Source of the DNA: Podarcis muralis
Taxonomy: Eukaryota
Direction: 5' to 3'
Assembly: GCF_964188315.1 (NCBI RefSeq)
Contig: NC_135655.1
Location: 48,546,001 to 48,610,000 of the forward strand
DNA length: 64,000 nucleotides
Shown piece after piece: positions 58,901 through 64,000 of this stretch. A model generated the notes under the pieces. It saw only the letters and a list, made by a program, of their open reading frames with translations, made no database searches and was not told the origin of the DNA. Position 1 is the stretch's first letter, and each line of letters opens with the position of its first letter. The position numbers and the translations under genes were made by a program.

Positions 58901-61900
58901 GAAAACTATTAAAAGGACCTCTGGTATGGCTGTATATATAATAATTCTTTGTGAGGTCTTTTTAAAGTATCTGCTTCCTTTTCTAATTGATCATCCGTAG
59001 TTGTTTCTAAGATATACTTTGAGGACAATAGGAACTGCATATTGTGCTCTGACCTGAAGTCGGGGGTGCATGGTGGTGGCCAGGGAGTGGTTTTGGGGTA
59101 GGTGTAGCTATATGACTTTTGTTTAAGGGAAAATTAGATTGCAGCCTTTGGACTTGGCTTCCAAAACACTGATGAGCTGACAGTTGCACAGAATCCCACC
59201 TTGTTGCAATAAGTTTGTGCTATTCTCTCAACTTCTTTGAAAGGAGCACACAGCTGGGTCTTTTTGTTGAGTTGCTGAATCTGAATTATCAGCCTGGTAG
59301 AACTTTGTGTGCTCACTTTTGTGTGCGCTTGTGGATGTACACATTGTACAATAGCCCCTTCCCTTTGCCACTAACAGTATATAGGCTATAGTTTGCTGTG
59401 CAAGAATTAGCAACACACCCCGTTTTCCACCTTACAAATTAACACTAGAATGAGGGTAAATCAGCACTAGGAGTGCGGGCAGCCTGTTTCTATTTTGCCA
59501 TCTCCTAATAGTAGGCTGGTGCAAAAACAAAACAAAACAAAACACAAAAACAACTGCTAGTAAGTTTGGAAGACTGAGCTGTCAATAAATACTCTATTTA
59601 GGGAAACTTGTATGTGAAATACCAAGTGAGTGACCAAGCCTGCATGATGCCAGATCAATTTATCTTTCTTAGCAATAAAAGTCCCATATATTTGCTGACA
59701 TGTCTCTGCTCAGGGTTGAGGTACAAAGAGCTAGTGCATCATGCTTTTTTCGCACAAATATCTTATTTCCTGCTCATTCTTTTCCCTTTCTATAGACTTC
59801 GTTTGTTACACTAGATGAAGCCATCAAGATAACCAATAGGCGTGTGAATGCTATTGAGCATGGTGAGTCAAAGTTAACTTAAGTTAGCCTCGTTCAGCCT
59901 GATACCTTCCAGATGTTTTGGACTACAACTTTTGGGGATGATGGGAGTTGTAGTCCAAAACATCAGTGTGTTCTAACTATGGTGAATGAGCTGGTTTGCA
60001 TAACAGGGCGAGCAATATGTGGGCTCTCAGATTGCAGCTGCTTTGCTCCTCCTCAGTCCATTTGGCTTAGGGTCTCTTCTGAACCAGGTCCAAATGGAGA
60101 GCATAACCAAAAAATACTGCCCACCATAAATTGGGTAGTAAATGAAGCTTCCTAATATGCATCCTAATACCATGATGTGATTCAGAGCTGTGCTGATGGA
60201 TGGTTTTTCCAAGGCCCCATCTCATAGTATTATCTTGGAAGAGGTCAGAATCTAGAAGAACCATCTCCCTAAGATGACCCTTTCCCCCCACAACCACTAT
60301 GTTTGTGGCCCCTGGAACACCACATCACTGTGAAGTCTTTTTCCTTTTGCTCTGTCACACTCTGGGCATCCTGTGTAGTGCTTAAATTACTGTGCCATAC
60401 AACGAACTATGCATCTAACTCAGGGGTTGACAACCTGGGCACCCCTTGGCAGGAGATCAGACTATACACATATCTATGTATGTTCAAAAACATAGATGGC
60501 AATCACCAGAATAACTTTTGCGTGGCTGCCCTCCTTGTATTTATAGAATCATACTTACTAATAGCAATTTCTTTTTATAGTGATTATTCCCAGGATTGAA
60601 CGTACACTCTCTTATATCATAACTGAGTTGGATGAGCGAGAGCGAGAGGAGTTTTACAGGTGAGTGAATTGGCCATCCAAAAATAGGAAATTATGAATCT
60701 GGAAAATATTGTTGGTATTGTGCAGATGTTAAGTGTGGGGTAAGAAAAATATGTCTAAGACCTTCAGCCTAAGTCATTATGCCAGTCTGGTTATTCAGAG
60801 CTTGGAGTTGCTTCAGGAAAGTTTGCTTTAGCAGGAGGCTCTGCTGATTATTGTTGTTGTAGACCACTTCAAAAACACTTGTTGGGAAGAGGTTTATAAA
60901 CCCTTAAATGAAGAACATTTGTATATTTTTTTAAAGTACATATATTTTCTCCTGAGCACTTACTTTTGAGTATCCTCAGGAACAGAATTATGTGGAGAAA
61001 TAAAAATGTAAACTGAGTTGCATATGGGTATAGCCAATGGCTGCTGACACCATTTTCCAGAATCACAGTTGCACTTTTTTTGCCCTCTGTGATCTTAGGA
61101 ATCGCTGCTAAGCACTGTGAGTGGAATCAAAATAGCTGCCCTGGGATGGAGTCTTTTGAGCCCACAAATGCCTCTGTTAACCAGAGAGGAGGGGATTTTT
61201 GCACACTCAACGTTTTTCCTGCAGCTCCACCACCAGTTTTCATCCTCATTTTGTAAGGTCTCCCAATTCTGTGGAGTCTATTGGGGTGGGAACCTGCAGT
61301 GAGGAAGAGTTAGCAAAAATGGCCTCCCCCTTCTTGGATTCCACTCTGTACGAGTGTGCAACCTAGTTCATACTGATCCCCCCCCCCAACAGTCCTGGCT
61401 AACCTGATGTCCTCCAGATATTTTAGACTACATCTCCTATCAACCCACAGGCAGGTTGGCTGGGACTAATGGAAGTTGTACTCCAAAAGATCTGGAGGAC
61501 ACCAGGTAGTTCCTTTTCTTACCCCTGCTCTAAGCAATAACCTCACTTTTTCTAGGAAGACATTCAATTTTTAAATAATTGTGCCAAAAGAAAGCAGGTG
61601 TTTAGGGCTGCAAACAACTTTCAAACCTACAATGGAAAGTACACCTCCACCTCCAAATGTTGGTACATTTTGCCCTTAAATTTTCAGGTAAGTTCCACCG
61701 AATTGATGGCCCATTACTGTCAACTATTTGAAACAAAATTAAAAAAAAATTCCTTCCAGTAGCACCTTAGAGACCAGCTAAGTATGTTATTGGTATGAGC
61801 TTTCGTGTGCATGCACACTTATCTGAAGAAGTGTGCATGCACACGAAAGCTCATACCAATAACAAATCTTTTGTTTTGACTACGGCAGACCAACACGGCT

Positions 61901-62402
61901 ACCTGCCTGTAACTGTCAACTATTTCTCATTGGAATAGAATACAAATGTATATTAACTTATGTTTACCAAAGCCTTCAAGTGCGGTGTGTCAAATGGAAC
62001 AATTTATCATCTAAGGGGTGGTACACTGGGACTGCGACACCCACACATAAGTTTCCTCTCCTTCTGGTGCGTGGGAAAGCACTCAGTGCACCAAGCCATT
62101 GCAGGGGATGAGAAGCCCTAGCTTTTCCCCAAACTTTGTGAAATTGGAAATAAAATCCCGATAATGGCTGTGTCACATTTCGGGGTGGGGTGTGGAATGT
62201 AGGAATGACCTGCTATCTGCACACCAGCTTTACAATAATTTGCACTATTTTTCTCTGTAGATTAAAGAAGATCCAGGAGAAGAAGAAGATACTGAAAGAA
62301 AAGAACGAAAAACTGAAAGAGTTGCAGAGGGCTGCTGGACAGCTGCACGAGCCTGCTAATTTGCTTGCGGAGGAAAAGGATGAGGATCTTCTCTTTGAAT
62401 AG
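52901..62402 (+). CDS. ATP6V1D: V-type proton ATPase subunit D, 9 coding exons, 247 aa
   Basis: Exons 52901-52941, 55654-55771, 55968-56047, 56974-57041, 57808-57852, 58784-58887, 59796-59862, 60581-60659, 62261-62402; total 744 nt, all [18 protein letters not shown]...[16 protein letters not shown] candidates at 62776 and 62962. Confidence 0.99.
55074..55360 (-). mobile_element. RTE-clade LINE 3' fragment
   Basis: Minus translation NWRTAFTKG...[21 protein letters not shown] (C-terminal zinc-finger-like end of RTE ORF2) followed by a GAA-rich tail. Confidence 0.75.
57140..57590 (-). mobile_element. CR1 LINE 3' fragment
   Basis: Similar to 45960-46350 (TGTGACAGCCCTTCA.ATATTTGAAG, AAATATACCCAGCTC) with a TAGAATC-type terminal repeat at ~57143. 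Confidence 0.7.
61730..61911. mobile_element. Second rearranged Penelope-like terminal element with a plus-strand hammerhead core (61820-61857)
   Basis: Same family as 51668-51902; forward part to 61820, then inverted parts; core CTGAAGA at 61823-61829, stem II 61831-61844, GAAA GC TC ATACC to 61857. Confidence 0.75.
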
Positions 62403-64000
62403 CTGTGGATATCTGTTACAATGCAGGACTCAGAACAGTGAGTTTGAGATACAGTTCTGGACACATTGTGATGCTTTTGTGGCTCTTCATTTGGTGTATT
62501 AGCCTGTGCTATCCAGTCTGGATTTCTTCCAGGATTTTTTTCTGTTGTGGAAAATAGCTGGTTTGTCCATTGAACACATGCATGAAGCAGAAACATTTCC
62601 AGTTCTACATATCTCCATTTAATTTAGTTGGCAGAGAAGTATTGCCACTTCTGCTTCTGCTGTTCTCTCAGCTGTACTTAACTTCATTTTCCCCACATAC
62701 TGCCAAATTCTTGTGAGCAAAGTTCCTTGTTTTGACCTGCTTTGTGTTCACAAGTGACAGCAACTGTAATAACTTATTAAATGAACAGGCTTTTTTCTCC
62801 AAAACGCAATTTAAAAAAAAATCTGTGTGATCTCATTGTATCTTTTTGTTTCTAAAAGAAGGAATGGTTTCCATTTTATGTTGTATTTGCCAACTCATCT
62901 GTGCTGTAAAATCAGTAAAGGAACCTGTGTCTAAACTTGTGTCATTTTTTGTAAAACATCTATTAAATCTTCAAACCAGGTAGGTGGGAACTAGTTGAGT
63001 GAACAGGATTTCTCTTTTGCATCTGAACAACTATTCTATAGTTACTTGAACTCTGAAGCAGCTGAAAAAGGCATCCTCTTGTCAAAATCTTCCTTACTCA
63101 GTGCATGCTTACTTGTCCTGTCCTGCAATTTGACAGAAAGCTGGCCCTAACAAGCAGGCTGAAAAACATTTTATAATATCATGCCAATGTTAGGATCATC
63201 CTACATACACTGTCATGTGATAGACAACAATCCCATGACTGCAAACATGGAGCAGGAATCCTAACAGCCATATGGTAAGTAATCCTATACAGTACAAGGC
63301 TATTGTTCTTAATGGAATAGGAGTTGAACATAGTGTTTTTGCCCTTGGGCTGTTATCAGAAAAGGAGCAACCATTTCCCTATGCAACTGGTGTGTTTATA
63401 TGGGCTGCCATAGGTGGCACCAGCCTCTCTCTACTCCATAGGGGTTTATAGTTTCCTCAGTGCTGCCTACCTAACACAGCTATGGTTGTGTCCTGTGCTG
63501 CATGCATTTAGCATTCATAGTCTTCTGAATTAAGAATGTGGGAAGTTCTTGGGAGTAGATGTGGTTTAGCTCCTGAAGGATGCCTGGATAGGGATTCCCC
63601 AAAAGATGTAACCAAACTTTTAACTTGATTCTAGCAAGTGTCTGGAAGCACCTAATGATTTGAGACAGACATGACTACTCATAAAGTTCCACACCAGCAA
63701 AGAATTGATCCACTTAGTGAACAGTTAAGGAAATCACTATCCCAGCACTTAAAGCAGCAACTAATGGTGACCTAACATAACTTAGAACAGTTCCACTCTT
63801 GAAATAAGCTTGTAATAATGGTTAAACTGGTAAGTCTACAATTTTAGAAGTGTAAGGCAACATTAGTATTGGTTTACTGAAGCAAGAATGAGTCACTGGA
63901 GTTAAACTTTCAATTTACCTTGTACATCATACTTCGCTTTGCCTTCAAACATAGCCAAACAGCACCCAGCAGGACTGAAATCCCCCCATCAGCTTGATAA

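Overview
Vertebrate genomic DNA from a squamate reptile, probably a lacertid lizard (a Sauria SINE plus CR1, L2, RTE, hAT, Tc1/mariner and Penelope repeats). I rebuilt five spliced genes by hand from splice sites, reading phase and similarity to remembered human proteins. Left to right: the 5' part of ZFYVE26/spastizin (minus; runs off the left edge), a compact LGALSL-like galectin-related gene (plus, about 144 aa), PLEK2 (minus, 354 aa), EIF2S1 (minus, 315 aa) and ATP6V1D (plus, 247 aa, head-to-head with EIF2S1). Top observations: (1) two Penelope-derived inverted-repeat elements carrying minimal type I hammerhead ribozyme cores, one between the EIF2S1 and ATP6V1D promoters and one sense in ATP6V1D intron 8; (2) a degenerate-site galectin that looks like a paralogue of LGALSL absent from the human locus; (3) a nested CR1 > mariner MITE > solo LTR stack, where the LTR holds a 209-codon ORF and poly(A) signals sense to EIF2S1; (4) an in-frame upstream ATG that could extend spastizin by 15 aa; (5) CLEAR/E-box motifs at both lysosomal genes, two GC-AG introns, and a gene order that differs from human. 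No searches were run. Human comparisons and repeat family names come from memory and need confirming.
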